Source: Dudresnaya verticillata
Lineage: Eukaryota
Length of the DNA stretch: 64,000 nt
NCBI GenBank assembly: GCA_977862235.1
Contig: OZ374565.1
Location: 1,488,001 to 1,552,000, forward strand
Reading direction: 5' to 3'
Part shown: piece after piece, positions 1-13,352 of the stretch
Numbering within the stretch: the stretch's first letter is position 1
Layout of the letters: every line of letters begins with the position of its first letter
Made by a program: the position numbers and the translations under genes
The notes under the pieces: generated by a model
What the model was told of the DNA's origin: nothing
The model's database searches: none
The model's input: the letters and a program-made list of their open reading frames with translations, nothing else

Positions 1-2982
1 CGTTGACACGCAGTTCCGTCACGTTGACGAGATTCTTTCAACTCTCCACCGGGTCGGGGTGACTTTAAAGTTGGCCAAGTGTGACTTCGTCACCCCGACT
101 GTCAATTACCTGGGGCACGTGATACGTCCAGGGCGATTAGAAGTCGACCGAACGGTTACCGCCGCCTTACGCGAAGCCAAGAACCCTCGGGACCAGAAGG
201 AGCTACGCAGCTTCCTCGGGTTGTGTAACGTCTATAGACGATTCTGTCGCGTTACGCGCATGTCGCGGCGCCCCTCAATAAGTTGCTCCGAAAGGAGCAA
301 GAGTTCACACCACCGTCATTTGACGAAGTACAAGCGGCCGCGTTCGACACTCTCGTCAAGGCCGTAACCAGTCCGCCGGTATTGGCGCTACCGCAGCCCG
401 GCTTGCAATACTCCGTCGATTTTGACGCCAGCGACTATCAAGTCGGATGCGCTCTTTTCCAGACGCAACCCACTGGGGAGCGGAAGCCGCTCGGTTTCTG
501 GTCGCGTTCACGCACCGCTCCAGAGCGTAATTATTCCGTCTCCGAGAAGGAATACCTGGCAGTACTGTGGTCCGTTACAACGTTGCGTCCGTATCTCCAG
601 ATGGAGTAGTTCACCGTACATACGGAACACTCGTCGCTGAGGTGGCTGATGGAAATCAGTGACCCCTCGGGACGTTTGATGAGATGGCGACTGCGTCTTT
701 CGGAATTCGACTTCGTCGTTAAGTACAAGAAGGGTTACTCGAATACCCAGGCTGACGCCCTTTCACGTCTACAGACGAATGGTGAGACGGTTGAACCGAT
801 CGACGACGATGTTCCGTGCTACCATGGGGAACACGTCGAGGACGATCCTCAGACGTCAACCGATGGTGTGACCGGCGCCGAAGGCGAAGTCGACTTCGTG
901 GAAAGGGAATTCGAAGAGTTCGACCGGCTGCTCGTTGCCAACGCGCCTTCACCGGAAGAGGTGCTCCTACTTCTGGTGACGCACGAAGAACTGATCCATG
1001 CCCAAGCCAACGACGAGTACTGCACTGGAAATCGGAAGGGTCTCGATGACGGAGAGTCGATACCATTCGTGATGGACGAGCAAGGGCGACTCATACGAAC
1101 CGTGGAGGCCCGGTCACAGGTCCTTGTACCATTCGCGTTACGCGCACGCCCCCTGCACCTCAGCCATAACGCTAAATTAGCGGCACACCCCGGAGGGAGG
1201 AAGTTGTATCAGACTCTCCGATGCGAATTCTATTGGCCGTCCATAACGGTAGACTGTTACGCAACTGTTCGCAACTGCGTTACTTGCGCGAAGAACCGCG
1301 TCCTGCTATGAGAGAACGTGAAGGAGATGAAGCCGTTCCCGGCTACCGAGCCACTAGAGTTCGTTTGTATCGATATACTCGGAGAAATCATACGTACGAA
1401 ACGGGGAAACAAGTTCCTCCTTGTAATCATCGACCGCTTTTCGAAGCTGGTCAGGACGGTACCTTTGCGTAAAGTTACGGCTCTAGAAATCGCAAAAGCG
1501 TTCGTTCGACATTGGGTATTCGTGTATGGCCCGCCCAAGCACTTACTGTCAGATAATGGGCCGCAGGTTGTCGCCAAACTATTCCAGGACGTCTATCGTC
1601 TACTGGGTGTCGAGAAACTCTTCACCACGACGTATCACCCGCAGTGTAACGGACAGGTGGAACGGTTTAACCGAACGATACTCGCATCATTGCGTCATTA
1701 CGTGACGGACCATCCTCGCGATTGGGATATGTTCACGGACGCTTTGACTTTTGGTTACAACACGCAGATTCACTCGTCCAGGCAGTTATTGCCGTTCGAG
1801 CTGGTACTCTCCCGGCCACCACTCCCGTTGTCGCTCCAAGCAGAGCCGTCGCTGGAAAGCGCCCCCACCGGTGGCCAATACTACACGAAGTGGAGGGCCT
1901 GGCTGACCGCATTGATGAGCACCGCGACAGCGACCTTGGCGCAAACGCAAGGCCGCAATAAGCGAAACTTCGACGCCCGACTACGGAAGTGCGCCGAGAA
2001 AATTGTCGCAGGTAACTTCGTATTTGTACGCAAGGAGTACTTCGCCAGAGGCGGCTCGAGGGATCAAGCGGAGCGCAAGCACAAGTTGGCGCCAGTGGCG
2101 GATGGGCCCTACCGAGTGATCAGCGTCGAAGACGGTACGATTAACGTCGACAAAGGACGTAACGGACGCGAACGCTTGTCAACGGACCGCGTGGTTCGGG
2201 CGCCGACCCCTCCGATTCATGTCGCAATCAGCACCCCCACTACCGCGGGACCACCGTCTAATAAGGCGCCACAGAACCGAGGAGTCGTCAACGACGGGAC
2301 GAACGTCGCTGCAGCGACACCCCCGAATGGGAGTGATCAACAGATGCGTGGCGACCGTTCGCCACAGGCGTACATTCGCGGCTTGGCCGAGTTGGCTCCG
2401 TTCGCAGCTGGGCCCGGTAGTGAGTCATCGCAGTCCATCTCAGACGACGACCAGCCGCAAGGCGTCCGCACCCGACTCGGCTTCGCCAGGCATACGCTGG
2501 CCACGCCGCCGGGGGAACAGACTAAGAGCGCCACCGACGTAACCCAAGTTACGCTAAGGAGCGAAGGTCAAACCCCGACTTTACCGGCGAAGCAAACGCC
2601 AGAAGCAAACGTACCTCCCGCCGAAGGCGTTCGCTAAGCTCTACGAGACGCTACTAGCCCACGGCGATCCTCCCGTCGAGTACGCTTCGCGGAACCGGAG
2701 AACCCCCACGGCGAAGGATCGAGGCAGTCGACGGACCCGCCCAAGACGAAGCGCAAGCAACCGGTCGCTGGTAGCGAAGGAGAGTACGTCATCGATCGGA
2801 TCGAGAAGCACGCGTTCGCGGATGACGGGGAGATCCTCTACTTCGTGAAATGGTTCGGATACGCTGCCACAGCGAACACGTGGGAACCGGTGTCGAACCT
2901 ACCCCGTTCTCATATCGTGCGGTACCACCGCCAAAAGCGAACGGACCCTCGAATGAATATCGATGACGCTCGTTTAGGGTAA
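1..2982 (+). pseudogene. pol: Degraded pol: RT C-terminus, RNase H, integrase, chromodomain
   Basis: KCDF..VNYLGH, ELRSFLGLCNVYRRF; RNase H DASDYQVGCALFQ..ERNYSVSEKE; integrase H..HPG..CVTC, IDILG, LSDNGPQ, YHPQCNGQVERFN, GPYRV. The chromodomain EYVIDRIEKH..LYFVKWFGY..NTWEP (2782-2940) is in the integrase frame after TAA 2635. One frameshift near 245 and several nonsense codons. Confidence 0.93.
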
Positions 2983-4233
2983 TACGCCCCAACCGATCGC
3001 GAAAGGACTTGCGTCCTGGAGCGCCCCAGGCGGACCCTCATAGGCGTACCCCATGACGGGACCGTCAGCCAAAACGAGCTGAAGCGCTGGTACCACAAAA
3101 GCGCCAGACGTTGGCTCCGGGTGACAGCGCACGGAAGAAAAATAACAAAAATAACAAAAATAATTATTCGCCACAGGCGCCTCGCGAATGGCCAAGTGTC
3201 GCTCCGAACGGTCGAAGAGAAGTCCCGCTACCACTACCCGCGAGGACGCGAAGCTGGCCGTCCCGAACGGCAAGCTACGTGACCCACGTCGGCCACCACC
3301 ACTCAGCCTCCGCAGAAATGCGCCCCCGTTCACAAGGGTACGATATGCCGCAAGCCGCGGGGCGCCAAGGAGGAAGAAAGAGACGTAATGACTACGCAGA
3401 AAAGGGCAACGTAAGGACGCGAGATTCTGGCGCGAGAACGTCGCAGACGAGAATAACCACGGTTACGTCGTCCGTGCACAACGCGTCGCGCCCGAGGCGG
3501 GGAGGAAGACGGCCGCACCCTATGAAGAACGAGCGACTCCTCCGCGCCGAGGCCGTAGCAAACTCGTTGTGACAGCGTCGAGGACGAGTCAAGATGAAGA
3601 TGGCTCAGCGAAACGCCGTCGGCGACTAACTGTCGGTGCCACGCCAGGTGACGCGCGACGGCGTTTCACAACGCACGCCACCTCCACTTACCACGTCCAA
3701 GACTAGTGGACAGCTCCTTCCGTCAACGAAGAGCCGGCCCCGCGCCCAAGTTTCGCGGCAAGACGCCAAGGGCAATTAGAGAGGCCGGCTATGCGCTTTG
3801 CTCTTAACATCGAAGACGAGTCGCAGGGGCCTCAAACAACAACGACAATGGCGGTTTACGATGATAACACACGTGAAACACCCTTTCGGCCGTGAGTACG
3901 TCAAGGAAGAACGATGCAAAGAATGCGACGCACGCGCGACCTGCCCTCAACGTCCCAAACGCTCAAATGGGCGCCCGACGGCGGACAAAGGTTACGGCGC
4001 AGGGCTCACAACGACAGGGGATCAGCAAGGTAACACGTGAAAGTAGCGAAGATGTTTAATACGCATATGCGTTCGATAACATCACTTCTATTACTTACGC
4101 TAACTATGTGGCTACGTTAACGTCGCCGTCATCGTCGCTAGACGCTTACTTTCCCCGCTTGGGTCGCCCCGCGAGGAGCGACCAAGCTCATGAAACGCAC
4201 TCTCGGGCCCGCCAAGCCGTCGAAGACGGGAAG

Positions 4234-7223
4234 TCAATCGCTACCTTTAGCCGCCTTCGGCGTACCAGGGCTTTCCGCCTCATCGCCCTCGGCGGACTCG
4301 CGAAGGGCCGCCTCATAGCCATCATCATCTGTCGGAGACGTAGGAGCTGGACAAAGCGGCGTGGCCGCGGGCCGCGAGGCGCCGGCCACTGTCGCCGCCC
4401 TGGTCACGGCGTCCACTTGCGCCTTAGGCGAGGAATCGGGCTGTTTAGTCGCCTCGAGCGTGGGAACGACTGTTGCGGCCGCCGGCCTCGGCGACCGCGA
4501 AGCCTCTTCCGCCACCGGCATCGAGCGCAATGCAATCGCCTTAGGCATCAACAGGGAATCATTGCCCATCACCCCAGGCGTCTGCGGAATAATAATCGTC
4601 TTCGGCGCGGGCTGCACGACAATCGCCTTAGGCGCTACGGGAACTCCCGCCGTCGATGACGTTGGAACAACTTTGCTCGCCGTCGGCGCTTCGGCTTTAG
4701 AAGGCATCGTCGTGGACTAAGATCCCACTGCGGTCATGCCACTCGGCGCCGCAATCGGCAGAGCCGCTGGCTCCAGCACAGGCGTTGCCGCTGGAGTTGG
4801 AACCGTCGCCAAGACGCGAGCCCACCAATCCGAGGGCGAGCCGTTCGGGTCGCTAGGCTCGACTCCTGCAGCCCGCAGGAGCGAAAGGACCACATCGCGC
4901 TGCGCGGAGTTCTAAGTCGGCACGGCCGGAGATACTGCAACACCGTCTTGGACACTTGGGGCTGATGGCGACGCCACTGCCACGACCGCTGGTGTTTGCA
5001 CCGGGGCAGCCATGATGGCGTCACCATCATCGTCAGCGACGGCTGTGCTCCCCTCGTTGGGAGCAACCGCCACTGGCGTATGAGACGGCCCAGCCGCAGT
5101 TCCCACATCCTGTGGCATAGCTGTAAGACCAGCTGTGCCACGTACGCGCAGCTGTAAGACCAGCTGCGCCACGTGTGCACTTCTGTGCGCGCGCTGTCAG
5201 CCGGTGGCGCCGAAGCCCCGCTGAACTGTAAGGATGTGCGCAGTGGCGCCCGCGTGTGCACGCGTACACGTGTGACACTGAAACGCCCATGCAATTTCTA
5301 CGTTTATTGTTTTGTAGTGTACAGCACCGTCTAAGTGTAAGCGGCGGTCGAACGCCCTGCTGTCGTGCGCGCTGCGCGCACGCACTCCGGCGCAGAGCCG
5401 TTGAGTGCGTGACAAGCGCGCGCGCACTCCGGCGTCGAGCCGTTGAGTACGTGTGGACCGTTTCGCCCACGCGCGCCCCCGGGTTGCCGTTACCCGTACG
5501 CGTCGACGCGTGTTGGGGCGCGCCGGCGCACCTCCCGGGTTGGTGCCGCCGCAGGCCCTGTAGTATATCTAGTAGTCGCCCCTCTGGGCTTCAGTAAACC
5601 AGGCAAGTCAGCCTACGCCAGGCTTACCCTTTCTGCTTTGGGTTTCTTTCCCAGTCCTCCGCCCTACGGCTTCCCTCTTTCCCTAGCCGTCTAGGCTTTC
5701 CTTTTCCTTTCCCTACCGTCGGCTTCTTGCCGCCCCACGACGGGGACGCAGGGATCCGGCCGCTGCCGCCCGCGTACGGTACGCCCCGTGCGCGCTCAGG
5801 CTTCGACGCCGTTGATCCGCGACCGTCGACGGCGCGCGCGGCCGACAACGCCGCTCTACCACCACAGCTACCACCCTTCGACAGGTCTGGGTGCGACTGA
5901 TCGACCAGCGCAGCTAGACGTCAGTTCGACCTGACGTCTATGCCCCACATCCGACGCCACAGGCGATTATACAGCAGAAACGGACGGCTCAACCGCCATA
6001 GGCGTCGCGAAGCCCGTCCCAGACGTGTGCACCCCGGCGCTGGTAGCGTGAAAGGCGTCCTACTCGGCTGTTAACACGGCCAAATGAGGAGGGAAATCTC
6101 CGACAAAGTCGCACGATGGTAGTAGCCCACGAGGGTGGCCCGACGGCACAAACCGGTCAGTACGTCGATGACGTTTAGCAATGCTTTCCGTCGTTCGACG
6201 TTTGGTCCAAGGATTGTACCAAGCCCAATCGCCACAGGCGTGGTGGTTGCGGCTCATCGCGAAACGCGGACGACGCACCTTCCGGCGGCTGTTTTCCAGA
6301 GGGACGACCACGGGGTTATCCCAGTCGATCTCGCTCGCCACTTGGTGTAAGTCCCAGAACTCGTGGAGGTTCCGCTGACCGCCGAGCGTCTCGGTGAGGT
6401 CCAAATCGTTGAAAAACGCTACGATACATGGTGGGAGGTAGTACATCCGGAAGGTATCGTACACCTCCCACAACCACGCATAAGCGATGTTGGCCACCCA
6501 CTCCGTCTGAAAGACGATCCACCACCGCGAGTACGCGTTCACTACGAGCTCAGAGCCCACATAAGTGACGCACGGGGGCAACTCGGTAGCGAAGCTCTCG
6601 CACACTTCCATCTCACGCCACAGTGGCGGTAACTTGACGAAACAGTTCGACACTTTTGTACGCTCTAAGCGGTCAATCTGCCTATCCTGATACGGGACTA
6701 GCGCGCCCTTGCGGCACTGGGACTTTCACTCCCAGCGAATGCACCTCTCCCACTATAAGGTGCCCGCTCGGTGGGAATACCGAAACTCCGCTCGCAAGCG
6801 CACACCCATCACCAATACATCGTCTCTGACGCGAGCGTCCAACGACGGAGTGATATGCGTCAACGGCAGTTCTGCCAGAGGGAAGCGGGCGAAGCGGCCA
6901 TATACGTCGACGACGAAGCGGGCGTGCGCGTCTGCCCGCGACTGGCCCGGGTGCGTATGTACCTACTCTTTCGGGACCGTGCAACGCGTCCGCCACTCTG
7001 TCGAATAGACTACAGCCAAGGGGAGTTCCCCCAGCAACATATCTCCGATGGCGTAATGCGCATTAAGCGCTTCGTTTCCCAGCGCAGCCGGGTCGAACCA
7101 CGGCGCCCTCGCAAAGAGGCGCGCGTGGTCACGTGGACTCTTTCCGACAAAGTCGTGCAACGACGGGTATACCGGCATCGATGAAGGGGGCGCAATCTGC
7201 GCCCCATAGTACTGTGGCATCAC
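4234..7223 (-). pseudogene. Antisense accessory ORF of element 1, unknown function (about 716 codons after removing the solo LTR)
   Basis: ORF pieces 6963-7223, 6060-6653, 4912-5110 and 4234-4707 fall in one frame once 5111-5947 plus one TSD is removed (2148 nt). Seven internal stops, no frameshift. Similar to the ORF at 35545-37793. Confidence 0.82.
5111..5947 (+). mobile_element. Solo LTR, family D
   Basis: TGTGGCATAG...CTATGCCCCA termini; 5-bp TSD CATCC on both sides; related copies at 49178 and 59011. Confidence 0.93.
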
Positions 7224-7557
7224 GTCGATGACGGGAACTTACGGACACGTCACTGAAGATAAGGGACTCAACGTCCAGCGCAATAACGTCGACGACGAGG
7301 GGATAACACGCGCTACACGCCTTGGACGAGGATCGCCGAACGTCAGCGACGAAAGCAAACGGCCGATTAGCAACACTGTCACACAAGCCCCGGGCGGAGA
7401 ATCGACGTCGGTCGATAACACGCTGAAAGCGGAACGACCGCTTCGGGCGAGACTGGTCGCACAAACGGCAACGGCGAGCAAAAGCACACGCCACAAGCGG
7501 AGTCGCAGGTGATGGAGGTTTCGAGGTATGACTGCGTCGATGAATGTGTTCGCGTCT

Positions 7558-7570
7558 AAGCGGGGGGTCG
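7558..7570 (+). promoter_or_regulatory. Polypurine tract of element 1
   Basis: AAGCGGGGGGTCG immediately before TGTGG; same form as the PPTs of the other two elements. Confidence 0.75.
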
Positions 7571-8406
7571 TGTGGCGCACGGGGGACCGAGCTTTTATTT
7601 CCTCGCCATGGGCGCCGAGAACCTCGTCGACCGACGGACGGTCACCTGGAACGGCTCATTCGCCGTTGGAGGGAACACTTCATCGACGATTGGTCTACGG
7701 ACGCGCGGGTGCCACAACCCAGCGCTGCGCACGCCCGACGCACTGTACGGCGCAACGCTGCAGAGCGGATCTGGATGATGCATCGGGATTAACGAGGTGT
7801 AAGGGAGTTGACTGTTAGATTGGCCGGGATCCCGATCGAATCCGGATCCGACATCCAGATCGGACATCGGGATCCGCTGTAACGGAAACGCGCCTGTAAT
7901 ACGGTGCCAATCGCGATCCGAATCCGGATCGCCTATAGCACCGTGCGAGCGCGCCTCTGTAAGGCGCACGCGCCGGCGCACAGCGGCTGCATTGTCCCGG
8001 GACGTGTCAGACGCACCTCCACGCGACACTCGTCCCGGGTTCCCGCGCACTACGTCATGCAGCCGCCGCGCCGCGGCTCCATAGTATTACTTAGGTACCT
8101 CGTCTGGGACGTAACAGTAAAGCCCCGGCAATCCGGTTTGGGTCTAGACTTCCCTTCCGCGACAGCGCGCACCCTACCGCTGCCCGGAAGCATAAGCGTC
8201 TACCTATCCGTGTTTCCATGTTCCTAACTGTTGCTAACGTGTTTCCTTTTGGGTTTCTTTGCCCCTTTGTCCGCTCGCCCTGGGTGTTTTCAGTCCGCCC
8301 TAGGCGTGTTAAACCTGCTCTACCAAGTTCGCTATTAGCGGCTACCCACCAGGCTCCCGAACGGCCCGGAGGTGTTCTCCGTCTTCAACACGACGTCTGC
8401 ACGACA
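7571..8406 (+). repeat. 3' LTR of element 1 (836 bp)
   Basis: Starts TG after the PPT and ends CGACA. Collinear similarity to LTR B (reverse complement of 48000-48756 plus 34004-34168) and LTR A. A gag reading frame resumes right after 8406. Confidence 0.8.
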
Positions 8407-9500
8407 GTTCGGCCTCGACACAGTTCCGCTCCGTCAAGTCGACGTCGTCCCGCTGCCGTGGAGGCGTGTCTTCATACCCCGAGGCGGTGCAGTACCTGCT
8501 CCGCACATACGCAACGCCATCGGCGGTTAGGGAAGCTGTCCTAGCCCTTCGATCAACGACTCAAAGTCGGGGTGAGGACGAGACGGCTTACGGTATGCGT
8601 CTCGCGAAAGCGTGTATCCGTTGTGGAAACGTGTACCCGGATTGGGAGAAGATAACCATCTTCATTGATGGACTGGAGCCGACCATCCGATCTTTGATTG
8701 CCCGCTTCCGCGAAGAGACGCCAAGGGCGGAGTTGTACTTCGAACGCCTGGTCCACTTCGCTCAAGATGAAGGCGATGCCCAACGAGCCCGGCATGGACG
8801 CGCCAGTTCATCCCCCGTCGGGCAAGACGTTCTCGCACCGACCAGTGTTGGTCGTCCGGCTCGACCCACCGCTGCGGCGTCACGGCCAACCACCCGATCA
8901 ATCACCCGGGCCGCAAGGCCCGGTGCCCGCGCTATGATAGCGGAGTCCTGCCGGGACGCAAGTCATCGGGATACTGGTCTTCAGACACGCGGCGATGGCG
9001 ACTTGTACCTCGCGGACGAACAAGCTGTTGTGCCGACGTATAGTTACGTCGAGGACGAGGAGGATCAGGACATGGACCCCGCTCTCGCCTTTGAGCGGTC
9101 TAACATACCCGCTCCGCGCGTCCCTTTCGCCGAGTATGCCCCGCATGTTCATCGTTCCAGGCCCGGATGGCAGGACCGGGGGCCACCCCGTCAAGATGCA
9201 CGACGACAGTTGATATGCCACCAGTGTTACGGGTGCGGTCACATCTCACCCGAATTCTTCCTCCGCATGAGCGAGTTCATGAAGTTTATCTTTAACTACG
9301 AAGCCCTGACCGACGGCGAGAAGGTCGGAGTGCCCGCGGAAGCGTATAAGCGTTGCAAGGAGTGCGCCTCGCAAGAAGCCGCTCGCCGAGCCGCCAGACC
9401 CTCTTTGCCGAGGGGCAGACCTTCATCGCATGCCGCTGAACGTCACCCGACGGTATTTAACCGCTACGCAGCGCCACTACAGCCGGAGGCGAAAAATTAG
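8407..9500 (+). pseudogene. gag: 5'-truncated gag of an older related gypsy element (1b)
   Basis: YPEAVQYLLRTY capsid-like motif, FIDGL; degenerate zinc knuckle CHQCYGCGH; ends AKN*. Confidence 0.85.
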
Positions 9501-9526
9501 TCAGGGTTCCGACTCCCGACACTGGG

Positions 9527-12460
9527 GTGTTGCAGCATAACGAGGGATACGCCCCTCGGGTGTTGAAATGGGAGGAGAGCCCAAGGCTAGTTGGCAAGGA
9601 CGCTCAAGAGCGGCTGAAACCGTCTCCGACATCATTGAGGCGCCCATGGCGGAGATACCAGTCCCCGAAAGCACAGGGACAGTTATTCGTAATGGCCAAA
9701 CGGAATTACAAATTGTACGCCGATTTGGGTGCCACCGTTAGCACATTTGCGCGTAAATTAACTGTCCTCGACACAGGGGCTGGTCCAAATTTCATTCGTA
9801 TTGACGACGTACCGCTGGAAGCGCGCGCAAGTAGTATCCGGAAAAGCCTCCCCGTCATCTCGGACGCAAACAACAAAGCTATCCAGACGCGGGGGACCAT
9901 TGACATGGTCGTCCGTCTCGGACGACGCGTTGTTAAGCTCGAGTTAATTGTGTGTGAACGGCTCGCTGCGCCGGTTATACTCGGTTGCGAGTTTTGTGAT
10001 CGCTTTATGGAAGCAATCTACCCGCGAACGCGTGAAATGGAGCTGGACGACGGGACCCGAGTCCCCATTACGCGTCGCCCGCTTCGCCGACCGCCGTCTT
10101 TTCCACCACTACCGCCGGAACAAGAGTAGGGCGCCGCCGGAGGAAGAAAGTCGCCCAAGATCAGGGCGACGGAGCGAGCCGTCGTCCCGCCACAATCGCA
10201 AAAGTGGATTTTGGTGACGACGGAACGCGCTGGTGTGATCACCATTCAACCGTTTGGAACGTTGTATGACCGACAAGGGATGGTCGTTACGAACGTTTTC
10301 GCTCAAGTGGAACCGCTACAAGCGTTCCGCATTTTGGTTGCGAACTTTTCGCCCCGCCCACAGGCGCTAGCCAAGGGTCAGGTTGTTGCGAAGGCGTTAC
10401 CCCACCCGACAGCTGTGTTGCCCAGTCACATTAAGCTGGCGGATGTTTTGGGTATCGCTGAAGAGCAACAAAAGGGAGAAAACCAGGACCAAGATACCCG
10501 CCTTCGTCCTAACGACGGAACAGCGGCGAAGCCGGATGTATTCGTCAAGTCGATCGAGGCGACGACGGCCAAGCCCCCGTGTGTAGACGATTTGGATTTA
10601 AGTCACCTCTCGGCGGAGCAGAAGGGGAGATTCAAGGAAATGCTTCGAAAGTATTCGTCTATTTGGGACGGTTCAATTGGTGAGATATCGACTACCGAGC
10701 ATTACATCGATTTGTTACCCGGTTCTAGACCGATATCGTCGCCGCCTTACCGCGCGGGCCCGAAGCAAAGGCAGATCGCACAAGCGGAGGTAGACCACAT
10801 GTTGCGTAATGGTGTCATCGAGCCGGCCCAATCGCCGTGGGTGTCGCCTGTCGTCTTCGCACCAAAGAAGGAAGGTAATCTCCGCTTGTGCGTGGACTAC
10901 CGACGCTTAAACGCGGTGACCGTCCGTGACACGTATCCGCTGCCACGTATTGACGAATGTATCGACAGCTTGGGGGAAGTCAATGTCTTCACTACCTCGG
11001 ACTGTAACAGTGGCTACTGGAAAGTGCCAATCAATCCGCGGGACCGCGACAAGACGGCCTTTACCTGTCACGCCGGCCTATTCCGCTATAAGCGTATGCC
11101 CTTCGGGCTTACCAATGCGCCGGCAACGTTCCAACGGACCCTGGATATCTTACTCGCCGGTTACAAATGGCGGTCTTGTCTCGTCTATTTGGATGACGTT
11201 ATCATATTCTCGAAGGATATAGAAAACCACTTCCGTCATGTGGACGAGATTCGTTCGATGCTTCACCGCGCCGGCGTGACCCTCAAGTTGACGAAGTGCG
11301 ACTTTTTCTCGCCATCTGTCAACTACCTAGGGCATGTAATACGTCCAGGACGATTGGAGGTCGACAGTACGGTAACCGCTGCTCTACTCGGAGCAAAGCA
11401 TCCGCGAGACCAGAAGGAGCTCCGCAGTTTCCTCGGGTTGTGTAACGTCTATCGACGGTTCGTGTCGCGTTACGCGCATGTGGCCGCTCCGGTCAATAAG
11501 TTGTTGCGGAAGGAGCAGGAGTTCCGGCTACCGCCGTTGGACGACGTCCAAGCGACGGCATTCAAATCGCTGGTAGAAGCAGTGATGAGTCCGCCGATCT
11601 TGGCGTTACCCCAACCGGGGCTAGCATATTCCGTCGATTGTGATGCTAGCGAATACTAGGTTGGGTGCGCCCTCTTCCAGACCCAACCCGATGGAGAGCG
11701 CAAACTGCTCGGATTTTGGTCACGCTCGCTGACCGCCCCAGAGCGCAACTACCCCGTCTCGGAAAAGGAGTGTCTTGCAGTGGTCTGGTCCATTACGACC
11801 CTGCGACCGTACCTCCAATTGGAGTCGTTCGTGGTCCACACGGATCATTCGTCGCTAAGGTGGTTGATGTAAATCAACGATCCCTCGGGACGGTTAATGC
11901 GCTGGAGGCTCCGATTGTCGGAATTCGAGTTTATCGTTAAATACAAGAAGGGGTACCTGAAAACTCAGGCGGACGCCCTTTCACGTCTACCGACGGATGG
12001 AGAGACAGCCGAGCCGATTGACGACGACATACCATGCTATCACGGGGAAACCGTCGGAGACGGACATTGCCTGCCATTAGGCGAGGAGGCAGACGACGGG
12101 GGAGAAGTCGATTTCCTGGAACAGGAGTTCGACGGATTCGATCGGTTGTTAATCGCAAACGCGAACGAGGGGACCGAACCGCTTCTCCGTCAAGTCACAT
12201 ACGAGGAACTGACGTATGCGCAGCACCGAGACGAGTACTGCTCACGGTTACGTAAACGCCTGTACGACGGCGAAACGCTGCCGTTCGCAACGGATGAACA
12301 AGGGTTACTCGTCAGGACGGTGGAAGCTCGACCGCAGGTCGTTGTACCCTTCGCCTTACGCGGTCGCCTCCTCCACCTCAGGCACCACGCCAAGCTGTCG
12401 GGGCACCCAGGCGGAAGGAAGCTCTACCATACGCTAAGACGCGAGTATTACTCACCGTCA
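9527..12460 (+). pseudogene. pol: pol of element 1b (protease, RT, RNase H, start of integrase), truncated
   Basis: VLDTGAG protease; LCVDYRRLN, YPLPRID, MPFGL, YLDD; DASEY*VG; HPGG. ORFs 9527, 10211 and 11897 are in one frame separated by nonsense codons. Confidence 0.93.
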
Positions 12461-13350
12461 CGGACTCTGGCGCGGGGCCAAAATATCATTAGTGCCAGAC
12501 GACTTCCGCGTCAATGGCTACCCCTCATACTCCCAGCCGGCAGTACTCCGCTACGGGATGAGTCTAATCGCGCTATTCGCCCTCTTGGTCAGATACACAG
12601 TATCGGAGAGCTCCGTGCTCGTGTCCACTTTCTCGTGGTCGCGAGCGTAGCCGCTCCGTTTATTTTGGGGACTACCTTCATCGACCGCTACATGAAGGCA
12701 ATCCTTCCCCTGTTACGGAAAGTTGTATTTCACCATTACCCGGTATCCCTTGTTGGTCAAGCCAAAAATCGGAAGACTGCTATGGCCGCAACCCTACAGC
12801 CTCATCTTTATCCACCGCTACGGTTTCTCAGAAATTTCGTTTAGCAAGCTCTGCACCCTTATTCCCCTTGTGACTCAAACCTCCGTAACGGTCAATACCC
12901 CACGGATGGGTTATTCGTTTTACAAAATCATCCTAAGCCGGCTTTCAAGCACCTCACGCTAATGGCTAATGGTACTATGGATGTTGTCCCCAACCAACCG
13001 TTTCGGATCTGGGTCTCTAACGTTTCTAACAAGCCGATATGGTTGCCAAAATGTACTGTCATGGACTCGCTATTGCTGCTCTTGCTTCTACTTTTACCGT
13101 TGACGGTATACCTCCATTTGAGGAGGGGGAGGAATTATCCAATCATTTAATTCTAGCCCTACCTTTGAAAAGGACAGCAGCACCTCCCCCCACGCCAATG
13201 ATTTAGACAATCCCGTATCAGAATATACAGATACTATCGATTGGAAGGATCAAGTCCAGATTGGTACAGACAACGCATCGACCCGTAGATGGATTTTAAT
13301 CCTACTCAAAGAGTAAATGTCGATGTGGAGTGGCGATCTTGGCAACACTA
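12461..13350 (+). pseudogene. Second, heavily decayed gypsy protease/linker fragment joined to the 1b integrase
   Basis: TDSGAGPNII at the junction, APFILGTTFIDRY, ANGTMDVVPNQPFRIWVSN, and MWSGDLG similar to IWDGSIG of 1b. Confidence 0.7.
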
Positions 13351-13352
13351 CA

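Larger units (their letters stand above)
1..8406 (+). mobile_element. Ty3/gypsy chromodomain-bearing LTR retrotransposon (element 1), 3' half; 5' part lies outside the window
   Basis: RT-end, RNase H, integrase and chromodomain in gypsy order, then an antisense ORF, a PPT (7558-7570) and an LTR 7571-8406 directly abutting a truncated gag. Confidence 0.9.

Noticed and set aside
2974..4100. ORFs in the spacer after pol, including an (AAAAATAAC)3 repeat
   Set aside because: Low complexity and no counterpart in the equivalent spacer of element 3.
5111..5947. MITE interpretation of family D
   Set aside because: TG..CA ends, 5-bp TSD and LTR-like size and motifs favour a solo LTR.
7813..7820. Alternative LTR start at TGTTAG
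   Set aside because: Similarity to LTR B extends further left to 7571, where a better PPT lies.
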